A DNA stretch of 64,000 nucleotides from assembly GCA_964247055.1 (NCBI GenBank), contig OZ176050.1, positions 13,082,001 to 13,146,000 of the forward strand, in the 5' to 3' direction. Below, piece after piece: positions 10,282-23,448 of this stretch. How positions within the stretch are numbered: the first letter of the stretch is position 1; every line of letters starts with the position of its first letter. The DNA comes from Paragordius varius (lineage: Eukaryota; Animalia; Nematomorpha). A program made the translations under genes and the position numbers. The notes below the pieces were generated by a model. The model did no database searches. It had not been told where the DNA came from and saw only the letters and a list, made by a program, of their open reading frames with translations.

Positions 10282-11315
10282 ATGCAAGGAAGTTTTTATC
10301 CCACGGAATACCCACTAAATAAAGATGGATATCGTTATATTCTAGCCGAACCGGATAGAAATGCACCTTTTGGAACAAAATATCATCACCAAGATAGTAC
10401 ATGGTTGGCTGGAAAGCCTATACCACCTTTTTTATATCGAATGTATGTTCCCACCAATTTAACCCTATCTCTAAATGATCGAGGTATAGTGTTAATATTT
10501 ATTTTATATTAAAAAATAATTAAACATTAAATGAATTTTTGGCTGTTTGAATCCTAAAAATGTTGTTACTAATCTAAATATTTATATCTTTTTAAAACAG
10601 ACTAATTTTTGATAGTTTCATATATTACGCCGTTTAAGTAGAATTTTAATCAATGCATGTTGTAATTTCTGAATAATTGAAAATAATTACCATTTTTGAT
10701 TTTCGTTTCACCAATTATATATTAGTATTTTTAGTTTTTTTTATAATTTAAAAAGTTAACTGCTTATTACTAAATATTTCATATATATATATATATATAC
10801 TATTTGTAAATTCCACAAATCAAAACATATTTTATTTTTCAGCTCATCAATTACGTGTTGGGGATAAACGTTTAAGCGTTACGGGGGAAAAGGGTTACTG
10901 TTTAATACGCGGAACACATGGAATCAATTATGGAACTTGGTATTTTGAATGCAAAATTGATGATATGCCTCCGAATTCAGCCGCCAGAATTGGATGGGCC
11001 CAACAATACGGTTCCTTATAAAATATTTAGTTTTTAGGCGAAAATTCGTTTTTTTTACCAAAATAATGTGTCTCAAAAAAATTTTTTACCGGATAAAAAC
11101 TGAGTATAATAATTTTTTAGGGAAAAAACTACATATTTCTTAAATTTAACTTTTAAAATTGTACTTAATTTTTGAAAGATGGTAACAATGTGATAAACAT
11201 TTTAATCTATCTGACTCTTACACTTATACAAGCGTAAAAATTATTATTAATATTAGCTGTCTATTTCCAATTTTTTTAACCATAAATATCAATTCAATAA
11301 TCACATACTATTATT

Positions 11316-11358
<43 letters not shown>

Positions 11359-14300
11359 TTTAGCCAATTTACAAGCACCACTAGGTTATGATAAATTTGG
11401 ATATTCTATAAGATCAAGGAAGGGAACTTTGTTTCATGAATCCCGTGGATATCATTTCAATCGACAAGCTAAATTTGGCACAGGTTTTTATATGTGTCTT
11501 TTTTATTTAATTTTTTTTAAATAATTTTAATTAGATTAAAAAAAATTATAGTTTGTTCCCAATATATCGTTTATTAACACAGTGGGCAACAAATTTTCTT
11601 AAGATATCACACCTAGCTTAATATGACCGTTGTGACATATACATCTCAAAAATATAAGGATAAAAAATTGTCAATGTTGAAAAATATATTTCCATTTTTT
11701 CCATATATGGTTATAATCGGTAAAAATCAATTTATTTGCATAATACTTGATCAAAAATTATAAAACTTATATATAATATAAATAATATTGATTAAATATT
11801 TGCAAGTTTTGGCCCGATTTGAATGGATAGATTTTAAATAAACTGCAATTTCGTAATTCCAAAACTTAGCCCTTTATATAAGTAACATAAATAATAATCG
11901 ATAAATTTTTGATATTTTTATTTTACTAAAAACAATTATAATTTTAATATAAATCTTCGTTTGATCATGTTTAGTGATATAATTCTAGTCATATGTAATG
12001 AGATATTGAAGCGTGCAGGATGAAACTCTCAAGTTAGATAAAAGAACCCAGATACTCATAGAATAATTTATAATAATTTTAGGAACAAGAATCTGCAAGT
12101 CGTCACAAGAATAACAAGCTAGGTCTGCTGTAAAATGTAAAAAAACAGGCAATTTTTAATCAAATCGATAATTTACATTATGTTCTTTGTGTAAAAAATT
12201 TATTTTTGCTATACATATAATATATTCACTATTCTTAATCTAAAAATTGATAAAAGTTTACTTCTTTTCTTAGCCAAAACTATCTTTTTAATTCAAGAAA
12301 AAATGGTTTTAATTTCACATTTTTTATTTTAGACAACAAATTTTTCTGCCACTCGAGCAATTTGCATTTTCTGATAATTACTATAATTTTAACACTAAAT
12401 CTAAAATAAAAATTATAATTCGACCTAAGAATTTTTTAAAATTGATTCTTTAGAAAATGCGCCCTCTTCATCAATATTTTTCTAATTGTTTTTCTTTGAA
12501 TACAAATGCCCATTTGTAATATATCATTCGAAAGAGTAATAAAAATCCTTTAAAATGCATACTAATATGTTTTACATCGATATTTAATATTGGACATAGA
12601 GAGCGACAAACGCGCAAAGCAAGAGCGTTTTTCCTAATTAATAAATTTTCAAAACTAATAATTTAAAATAGCTCAAACTTTGTCTAGATCGTGTTGAATG
12701 TCCGAAAAAGATCAAGAAAGTTTTTTTAATTAGATAGTTTCTTTACAAGGCTTTTAATTTCAAAATTCTAAAGACTAAAACAAAGTTTAAGGTATTTTTT
12801 ATCTTTTATAGCCATTATGTAATAATTTACAGTTATAACTATGCATTTAAATTATCCAATAGGTAAAATAATTATGATGAGAATAATTTTTAATAAAAAC
12901 GCAAACCAAAAGCCTTTTCAAAGATTTTTTAATTAAATTATATAACCCTATTAATTATATTAAAATAATTATATGATTTTCAAATTAGTTTGTCTATGAA
13001 AATTTTTGACATATTTAAGGGTTGAAAATTTCGACCATATAAACCCAAATAACTTTTACATACGATTGACTTAAATGACAAATTACCATTTGAAAGATAC
13101 AGTTTTTCGCGCTCTTTCGAATGATATAAAATACATGGCTTCATATCTAAAACTTTTAATTTTTGAAATTTAAAATTTAATGTTAAATCGGGGCCAAAAA
13201 TTATCGATAAAATATTTAAAAAATTCTTAGGTGGTAGGCCAATTTTCTTTTCAGATATACTATTTCTGTACTTTAATGAAATAAATTTTAAATTTACAAG
13301 AATGGCAAAAAAAAGTAAAAATTTGTTGTCTAGTGTTATGATTAGTGTATATATATAATTGCAATTGTCTGGCTGATACAACAAGGACGAAACGCGTCTC
13401 ACACTATGACACGTGATAAACACTGTCCTCTTTAAATTTATGTTTCATAAAGCCACCTATTGCTTGATATGAATATGACTTCTGATTGCAAAGGTAGGCT
13501 AAGATCTCCATAACATCTTTTATATTTATTATGAAGATGGCGTCTTATGCCAAAAATTAAATCAATTTAAAAAATTTTCCTTATTTGCAAATCAAAAAAT
13601 GTATCAGTTACCTAAAATTATTATAAGTTATACTATAAGTGTCAAGGTTAAACCTTTTATCTAACTTGACAGTTTCATTCTGCACACTTTAATATTTCAT
13701 GTTAATTCATATGACTAGATTTATAACACTAGACATGATCAAACGAATTTTTTTATTAAAAAATTTATAACTTTGTGTATATGTAATATTTATTATATAT
13801 AATAACATTAATATTAACAAATAAAGTTAAACTTAAAATTTGGCACATATTATATTGAACTTCATCGAGTATTTTTTATATTATCAAGGTTTTGATCCTC
13901 AGAGTTGAAGGAAATTTTATTGTTGTTTTCCAATTGGTTCTATTTTCCATATCTTCTCTTTTTAGTTTGGCCTCAGTAAAATCATCATATATAGATCCAG
14001 CTATTGAAGACTCCACAGGTTTTCAGCTAGTTATGGAGTAGGACATCATTATATGTATATTGGTGATCTACGATGGATGTGACCCGCCCATCTTAGTCTT
14101 TTGGCTCTTAAAAAGGGGTCAACAGCAATGATTTTGAGGATTTTATATGGATTAAATTAATTATTAAAGTTATAGAATTTTGGATTATGTACAAAAACGA
14201 TTGTTTTGAGTATTTAGGTTTCTGAGATTTGGAATTTACCAAGGTTAGTCAATGGGCCAACATTCCGTGCCGAGGTTAGTGCAGGACGGATAATGACGGA

Positions 14301-17300
14301 ATATAGCTGCGATTTCGTTTCAAGATTGATGTATTTATTATTAATTATGCGTTTTAGTCCATGGTATTTTTTCCATGCAGATGATCTGTGTTTGAGGCCA
14401 TCACTGATATCTCCTTTGGCGGATGTTTGAAGTGACTAACAGTTTCGTAATTGCAGTTATTAGATATTGCGTTTAAATTTTTTTCTAGTATGGGTAGATT
14501 GTCGATGCGACTTGAGCAAGTAAAGGCATCAACCCTAAGTCATAAATTTGAACATTTTTTATGGATCCAGAAGTTAGATTTAATAAACATTATAGTTGCC
14601 TTTACAGCTAGGCTGCAAATACATGGGTACTTAATGGGCTTCATTGGATTATCCTGCATTAGTTTTGTTTTGCTGGGATTGATTTTGCAAAGAATTCTCC
14701 ATTTGTCAATAGATAAGATGAGATCGTCTTTGGATGAGTCCATTATTACCAGGTCATCTGCAAAGAGCAGTTCCCAGGATAAACCCTTGCGAATATTCTT
14801 TGTAATTTCATCATTTATTATGATAAACAGTAAGTTACAGGACAGAACATGGTGCAGCCTTGAGTGGATACTGATTGAATCGGGTAGGCCATAAAAAGTT
14901 TTAATTTGGGCTTTGGAGCCGGAATATAGCAGCATTACGCTTTGAATAATCCATTCTTTGAATTCATTACTTCTTAGAGCCCATGTTATCATCGATCTTG
15001 GGGTCAAAAGCCTTTTCTAGGTCGAAGAAGCATAATAGGGGTGTATTTCTTAGATGGGCTGCTTGCATTTGGCGGAGTATGAAAATCGCATCAATTGTGT
15101 TTTTGCCAGATTGGAAGCCAAATTAAATGTCGTCTAAATAAACTTTTAAGTTTAATCTTATTGTATAGAATGAGCTCAAAAATTTTATAGATGTTTTCCA
15201 AGATTTAATAGGCCTGAAAGAGCTAAGTAAAAGTGAATCACCTTTTCCCTTGTAGACGGGTATGCACACTTGATAAACTACTATCGAAAAATGAAACATC
15301 ATCTAAATGTAATTTAAAATAATATAAAAGCTATAAGCGTCAATAGTCTAGATTCTTTGGTTGTTCGCTTAGAGCATAATCGGCGGATTCCTTCGACCCA
15401 CAACTGGTGGTGGAATAAAGACATCCAATTGACTCAACTCAAACGCAAAACCAGAGGAAAAATCCATCGACCAAAAATAAAAACAGCCATTTATCCCCAA
15501 AAAGAAATTCGCAAAGCTATAAATGTTAAGCCCTTGAAGTTGCAGAAAATATTGACGAACACAATAAATAACAGAATATACAATTACATCAAACATTTAA
15601 ACCCTAACAACATCACCACATATATAAAATCGGTGAGAACAGACAATAACAACATCTGTCAGATTCCTTTCATAGTCAATAAAACTATCTCTAACTACAT
15701 TAAAAGTCATTTAAATCAATCTAATGACACAATTCTACCATATTTACCAATATTACAGTGTCCGTAATTCATTGATGCAAATCGCATTCGATCGGCGATT
15801 CTAAAATTAAAAAACGGTAAAATACGAGGATTATCGGAAGTTACCGTCGACATTCTTAAACCCATTGATACAATAAGTGATTTATCAAACGTTTTTAACC
15901 TCATCAACAAACGGAAGCCATCCCTGAAGACTGGAAAAACACCATCATCATAACCATCTGCAAGGGAAAAGGGGATTCGCTCCTACCTAACTCTTTCAGG
16001 CCCATTAAAATCTTGGAACACACCTATAAAATTTTTGAGCTCATCCTATACAATAAGATTTAACTTAAAATTCATCTAAACGACATTCAATTTGGCTTCC
16101 AATCTGGAAAAGCACAATTGATGCGATTTTCATACTCCGTTAAATGCAAGCAGGCCCATAGAAATGCACTTCTCTATTATGTCTTCTTTGACCTTGATAA
16201 GGCTTTTGACTCGATCCCAAGATCGATGATAACATGGGCCCTAAGAAGTAAGGGAATCGAAGAAGATTATCCAAAGCGTAATGTTGCTCAATTCCGGCTC
16301 CAAAGTCCAAAGCAAAACTTTCTATGGCCGATCCGAATCAATCAGTATACACTCAGGGTGGCACCAAGGTTCTGTCCTGAGTCCCTTACTGTTTATCATA
16401 ATAATTGATGAGATTACAAAGAACATTCGCAGGGGTTTACCCTGGGAACTGCTCTTTGCACATGACTTGGTAATAAAGGACTCATCTGCAGACTCATCTT
16501 ATTTATTGACAAATGGAGAAATTGCTTGAAAAGTCATGGCCTCAAAATCAGTCATAGTAAAACAAAACTAATGCATGATAATATAATAACAATTAATAAG
16601 TACCCATGTAGAATTTGCAGCCTAGCTGTAAAGGCAAATTCTATATATGTACTAAATGTAACCTCTGGATACATAGAAAATGCTCCAACCTAAAATCACT
16701 TAGGTTGATGCCTTTACTTGCTCAAGTTGCATCGACAAACCACCCATATTAGAACCAAATTCAAACGCAATCTTTAATAACTACAATTATGAAACTGTTA
16801 TTCACTTCAAATATCTGGGTGACGACATATCCGCCAAAGGAGGTATCAGTAATGGTCTTAAACACAGATCATTTGAAGCTTGAAAAAATACCATGGATTA
16901 AATAATTAATTATAAATACATGAAACTTAAAACGAAATCGCAGCTAAATTCTGCCATTATCCGTCCTGCGCTAACCCAAAGCACGGAATGTTGGCCCATG
17001 ATAACTAACCTTGGTAAATTCCGAAACTCATAATCTAAAATACTCAAAGCAATTCTTTTTGTACATAATCCAAAACTCTATAACTTTAATAATCAATCCT
17101 TATAAAATCCTCAAAATCACTGCTCTTACCTCTTTCTAAGAGCCAAAAAACTAAGATTGGCGGTTCACATCCATCGTAGATCACCAGATAAATATATACA
17201 TATAATGATGTCCTACTCCACAACTAGCTGAAAGCCTGGCAGACCCTTCAATAGCTGGATCAGTACTATATATAATGATCTTACTGAGGTCAAACAAAGA

Positions 17301-20300
17301 AGATGCGGAAAATAGAGCCAATTGGAAAACAATATTAAAAATTTATCTCAAATCATCTACCTTTAACTCTGAAGATCAACAGCCTTGATAATATAAAAAA
17401 TACTAGATGAAAATCAAAATAATATGTGCCAAAATTTAAGTTTAACTTTATTTGTTAATATTAATATATATAGAATAAAAATTACATATACGCAAAGTTA
17501 TTAATTTTTTAATATAAAAATTCGTTTGATCATGTCTAGTGATATAAATCTAGTCATATGAATTCACATGAGATATTAAACTCCGTAGAATGAAACTGTT
17601 AAGTTAGATAAAAGGTTTAACCCTGACACCTATAGAATAATTTATAATAATTTTAGGTAACTGAAACATTTTTTAATTTATAAATAAGAATTTCGAATTA
17701 TATCATATAAAATTAATTACATAAAACGCCATCTTTATAATAAATATAAAACATGTTATGATGATTATTTTTTTAGCCTACCTTAGCAATTAGAAGTCAT
17801 AGTACTTCCGATTAAGCAATAGGTGGCTTTATGAAACGCAAATTTAAAGAGGACAGTGTTTACCACATATCATAGTTTGAGACGCGTTTCCTTTTTGTTG
17901 TATCAGCCACACAATTTCATATATATATATATACGCTAATCATAATAATATAGTATTAATCACAGTTACATGTTTTAATGGCTTTTAAGGTGCATTCCTC
18001 AAATTAGATATTTGAAAATAAAATAATCTTTAGATTATGCCCCATTTTTTCTTGAATTTTTTTAAAAGACTGTTTTGGCTAAGGAAGTAAACTTTAATCT
18101 TTTTTTTAGATTGAGAAGAGTGAATATATTATATGTACACCATAAATATTTACACAAAAAACATAATGTAAATAATCAATTTGATTAGGTCTTTTTTATG
18201 AATTTTACAACAGAAGTAGCTCAAAATTCTCGACAACTTGCAGTTTCTAGTTTTACCTAAAATTATTATAAATTATTCTATCAGTGTCTGGATTAAACCT
18301 TTTATCTAACTTATTTCATCATGCACGTATCTCACTACATATGACTAAAATTATATCACCATACATGATCAAACGAAAACTTATATTAATAATTTTAATT
18401 TTATTTTAGTAAAATAAAAATTTTAATAAAATTATAACTTTGTATATATGTAATTATTATTGTTAAATAATATTAACAAATAAAGACTTTAATTTTGGCA
18501 CATATTATATAGTTCATCAAGTATTTTTTATGCTACTTATATGAAGGGCTAAATTTAGCTCGAATTACGAAACTGAGGTTTTTTAAAATCTATCCATTCA
18601 AATCGAGCCAAAATTTGTAAATAATATCTATATATACAAGTTTTATAATTTTTTAAGTATTATGTAAATAAATTGTTTTTTTCGAATATAACCATATATG
18701 GAAAAAGTCGGAAAAATTTTTTCTACATAGACAATTTTTTTATCCCATTTTTGAGATATGTCACAACGGTCATATTAAGCTTGGAATGACATTCTCAGAA
18801 AAAAATTTACCCCAATTTTGCACACTATGTTAATATATATTAATTAAGAGGTTATATTTTTTTAGTTTATTTTTTATTTTTATACTATTTCTGGTATTTT
18901 ATAGGTGATGTTATTGGATGCTATATTCATTTACCCATGCTAGGTAATGACAGATTACACATGAGTAATGGCCCAAAAGCTAAAACTTTGAATAATAACT
19001 TTAAATTGTTGGAACCGAGTTGCAAGAATAGTGTAATACATTTTATTCATTTTTACTCAACTGATTTATAAAAGTCAAGTGTATGTTTAAAGAAATGAAA
19101 ATTGGTTTTTTATTTAAAAAAAATTTAATGTGTAAATAGATCGGCGCTAATATATCACTGCTCAACAAGGTTTTGCAGCACCCCATTATTTTTGCATTTT
19201 CTGATACCTAATGGCATGGAAAGGCCAAAACAAAAAAGAAAATTGAGGCCACCAATAAGATTTTTCCAAAATTTAATTTTTAAATTTGTATTTAATTCAA
19301 AAATAACAATCATTCCTCGTGTACATATGTTTAAATATTCAAACAAGCAAGTCGATACAAGTAATATTCCATGCATGGATAACAAATTCTAGGCATTAAA
19401 TAAGATACTAAACAAGCTAAGAGCCAAAGTATTAAAAATCTAAAAGGGGCTTATGTATAGTGTGATAGATCCGGGCGGCTGCACAAGCTCTGCATATCCC
19501 CCAAGCGATCCTATAATTATGCCAGATGTGGCAAAGATAACAATAAGTAATCGTAAAGTCCGATAAGAGAGACTTGCAAGCAAAATCCAGGCAAATTGAC
19601 ATGTCAAATTAACCAATTTACAGAATAAAGTTAGAAAAATTCTACAATTAAATTGAATTTAAATTAGGTAAATACAAATGGTCCAATCTCATAACAGTAA
19701 ATTCTACTAAAAGTGGCTACACAACATCCATCTGAAATTCAAAATACAAAACAACCAATAATTTTTAAAAAAATAAGGTATATCCACTAGGTATAAATAA
19801 AGGATTTTTTATAAGAATCAACTCAAGAGAAAAAGTCTAATAAGTACTCAAAAGAACGAAAACTAACAAAAAATATAGCCTATCCGAAAGCCGAAGGTTT
19901 AAACCATAGAATGCCTTTTTTAGTATTTTTTTAAAAAAATTTTATATGTGTTAAAAATTCACTTGAAAAAAAAGACTAAATTTTGACGTTTAAGTCCGTA
20001 CTATTTTTTTCTCTCTGATATTTAAATGACATATTTATATTCAAAAGATAGAGTTTAAAACGCTTTATTAAATAATATTAAGTTTATAATATAATAACAT
20101 TTTATTATAAAGTTATATTTAATTTTCTCTCGATTTTCTCTTGTTTTTGAAAAATTGAAAAACCTATAAAATTTCAAAATTCTTATTGGCGGTATCAAAA
20201 ATTTTTTTAAATTCGGTTTTAAAACACTGAAATTAGTCATAATTTAAAAAGTTTGAGTGGTGGTGCTTAAAAATGTCCAAATTTGTCGACTAATGTATAC

Positions 20301-21582
20301 CATTTACAATTCAAATGCACCCTTAAACAATGAAGATTCACCCTCGAACAATTCAATTCACCCTAAAAATAAATTATGTGTTATCAGGATAATATTCATT
20401 AATATAAAGTATATTTTTACGACATAGTTTAATTTTTTTCAGCAATGTATATTTTATACAGAATTTCATATTTTAAAAATACTATAAAATAAAGGTAATT
20501 ATTAAGCATAAAAAACACATGATTTATTTTAGTGAGAGTTTGATATGTTCGAGGGTGAATTGAACTGTAAAAGGTATAAATTAGTAAAATTATCAAATAA
20601 TCCTCAGGGATTTGCCATTAGTTTTTTTCAAAGTTTATTCATACCTGTTAAAAATTATGCACTAACGTGATAAAAAATTTAATTTTATTATTTTATATCA
20701 TTTTAGCCATTGATAAAGTTCAAGGGTTACTTTTATTTCGAAGAAAAGGATGATCTTGAACAACAAATACGTTCGCTGCGCCGTTTACCGGGAAGTTATG
20801 TCAGTAGTTTCTTATCTCAAATATCATGTTAAATTTATTGTATAAACTATTTTGATTTTAATTTTTAGTATAAATAAATCAAAACAATTTAGGCTTTGTA
20901 ATTGTTTGGAATGAACCCATTATTTTCAATGAAACACAGAATTTTTTGCAAGCTTAAGTTAGGGCAAGAAATTATTAAATATGCGTTGTTCTAAATATAA
21001 ATGCGACTTTTATTATTATACAGACCCTTGTTTTTTAAGGTAAAAATCGTGATATTTTGATCATTTTTCCCATGATGTTTAAATGGGTATTTTTCAGATT
21101 GGATTACGATTATCTAATGGGTTTTTATAAAACTATTTTATCATTTAATTTTCTAAACTTTTTTTTTACAGATTGCATTTTACAAAAATGGAGTTTTACT
21201 TGAAAAACGAACCCTGGCTCAAGATTATCCCAATCATCACATGACAAACCACCATGCAAATTCTGAGACTAAAATAACCACTGCTGGAAATTCTCAAAAT
21301 ACCAATCCATTTTATGCATTTGAAAATGTTTATTTTGGAACATATTTTCCTGCCATATCTCTATATTATGGAGCGACAGTTACACTTAACCCTGGACCAA
21401 ATTTTTGGTATCCCCCCACGGTTCAGATTGAAAATTGCCCAGAAAGCAAATATAAAACAAAGATTGAAAATTTACATTCTCCCCTACCTGTTTCAGATCT
21501 AATCTATTACAGTGCAGCACAACAAACTGTGAATGATCTCATATATTTCATATGTAATCAGGATAAATTGATAATTGGTTAA
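10282..21582 (+). CDS. ASH2L: ASH2L/Bre2 COMPASS subunit (SPRY domain plus DPY30-binding tail), 6 exons
   Basis: Exons 10282-10483, 10843-11010, 11364-11483, 18905-19032, 20707-20799, 21172-21582; phases compatible. Motifs [66 protein letters not shown]. First in-frame ATG used; an in-frame TAG lies at 10195-10197. Confidence 0.92.
11575..12310. repeat. Outer inverted-repeat arm (left), pairs with 18035-18835
   Basis: e.g. GCTTAATATGACCGTTGTGACATAT (~11617) is reverse-complementary to ATATGTCACAACGGTCATATTAAGC (~18756). Boundaries approximate. Confidence 0.8.
13335..15290 (-). mobile_element. Inner inverted-repeat arm (left): decayed RTE-type LINE RT fragment plus 3'-attached repeat modules including a deleted hammerhead motif
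   Basis: Reverse complement matches ~15945-17950 along its length. ORF 14540-15007 has SMITWALRS and [11 protein letters not shown]. Hammerhead remnant at ~13367-13404. Confidence 0.85.
15300..17330 (+). pseudogene. Decayed RTE-type non-LTR retrotransposon (RT region, many stops and frameshifts)
   Basis: [52 protein letters not shown], a Cys/His-rich insert, FKYLG, and a 3' GRP...W...RANWK end. Confidence 0.88.
18035..18835. repeat. Outer inverted-repeat arm (right), pairs with 11575-12310
   Basis: Reverse complement of the left arm. Boundaries approximate. Confidence 0.8.
20300..20574. mobile_element. MITE family A (TA-CCATTTAC...GTAAATGG-TA; subterminal 21-bp repeats)
   Basis: TIR CCATTTACAATTCAAAT; degenerate right end GAACTGTAAAAGG; flanked by TA. 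Confidence 0.75.
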
Positions 21583-22448
21583 CTACAATGAATAAATATG
21601 TATTTATGACTTTTTTATGTATATTGGCTTTTTAATCTCAAACTTCTTTTAGTTTTTTTAAATTTACATAAAAAGTTTTTAAACTGTGGACAGTTTTATT
21701 GAAACCGTTTTTGGATGATTACAAAGCTTAAATACATTCCAAATCCATCAAAAATATATTAATTCAATTTTTTCCATAAAATTGCCAACATATTTTGGAT
21801 GGTCGATCAACGCAAATTTGCTGTGGCTAAAATAGTTGAAAGCAGTAATAATAGGATAGAGAAATATGATACTGACAAAAATATTCATTTTAAGTCTAAA
21901 ATAAATTATTAAAAGGATTGCGTGTGGGTTTTGGGCACCTTGTTCAAAATTCTACGCTTTGAATGAAATTTGAAACTCCAATAATCATATCCAAAAAATT
22001 TGGCCTTAAGTTTTTCAAAAAATAATCTAGTCCTTTCCATGTTTAAAAATGGTTCATAAGTATAATTTTTAACAAACTATAGAAACATAATGCTAAATTA
22101 GATGAAAATTTTTTGCCAAATAAACTTTTAATATTTTGAATTTGTACCAAGTAATATAAATGAGTAATGAGTATGATATCCGGTAAATTAGATAAAAAAG
22201 ATTAATTACGCTTAAATTGGAAATACAATTTTAGAAGTTCATATTTATATTTAGTACGCACCTGTATAAAACTATCCGTGTCCAAAAAGTACCTCTCTCA
22301 AAAGGATGTATAGTATTAGCCAAATTACGTCAATTTCAAGGTTAAAATATATCTTGTTTGCTGTTTCGAAATAACCGGGACAACACCACTAAAAAATTAT
22401 CAAAAAGCAATCTTTAACTTAATGACTCATAATATCCTCTAAAAAGGG

Positions 22449-22456
22449 TATAAAAG
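22449..22456 (+). promoter_or_regulatory. Candidate TATA box of the Cys-rich peptide gene
   Basis: TATAAAAG ~90 nt upstream of the ATG at 22543. Confidence 0.45.
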
Positions 22457-22542
22457 CCATTATTTACATCGAATACCGTCATTTATCGATTTTTTTCAAT
22501 TTTTTAAACTCTCTTGCTTGAAAATACCGATCCGTTATCACA

Positions 22543-23448
22543 ATGAATCGTGTTCCCTTAATATCTTTAATGCTGATTTTCAGTTGCTTTACTGTGGGAA
22601 AAATTACATCTCAAGAAGATAATAGTGTTAATAATACTTCAGAAGTTGCAGCGATTGATGGGAAGCCCAATCCTTTACAGGTACGCCCATGTTGGGAAGG
22701 GCCTTGTAACCGATTAATTTGTGAAAGGTGTTATGTCAACTTCTTTGGATACCTTACATCGGAATGTAATCTCATAATTTTATTTGATACAATCTGTAAA
22801 ATAGGCAAAAAATGGAGTTTTTAGAGAAAGTTAAAGCCTAATAAAGCCTTACTGTTAGTATGTCTTCAGATAATTTTAGTATTAAAAGAAAAGCTTGCCA
22901 TAATTGAAGTTTTATCCAAAGTTTAAAGCCAAATTTTGGACAATCCCTAAATAAACAGACTCGATTTAATACCGTTGAATCTGAATTTAACCTAATTTAC
23001 TTTTTTATGTTTTATGATTTTTGTGTTATAATTTAATAACTCATAATTTTTTGGCGTTTCATTTAATATTTTATAGATATCAATTTATTCACTAGTTAAT
23101 GCATTTTGGTTTTGAGATTTGTTTTGTCTTTTATAATGCAAAAGCTCACCTTTAAATCTATATGTAATTTACGCAATGAGAATCTAAAATTATATTATAT
23201 CTATTTTTGTATATTAGGTTGTCCACCTTTCCCTACATTTTGTCCAGTTTATCGTCGTTACATATCCCAAAACTGTGTTTTTTGTGGTAATGAATTTATC
23301 CAATTTTTGTATTTGTAAAAAGATATAAACTTTTAGACATTAAAAAATTTGGTTATATATTTTTTTATTTCTCTTAGGACGTGGAGATGGTGATTATTTA
23401 GAATCTCAAAATGCCGACATATCTACCGATTCTTCTCAACCAATTTAA
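22543..23448 (+). CDS. Unknown secreted cysteine-rich peptide precursor (~120 aa), 3 exons
   Basis: Exons 22543-22765, 23218-23286, 23378-23448, phase-1 GT-AG junctions. Signal peptide MNRVPLISLMLIFSCFTVG, then CWEGPCNRLICERC...ECCPPFPTFCPVYRRYISQNCVFCGRGD and an acidic tail. Confidence 0.65.

Noticed and set aside
12980-13423. 147-aa minus-strand ORF and similar 60-100 aa F/I/K/L/N-rich ORFs across the window
   Set aside because: Composition reflects AT-rich non-coding DNA; no domains or convincing splice structure.
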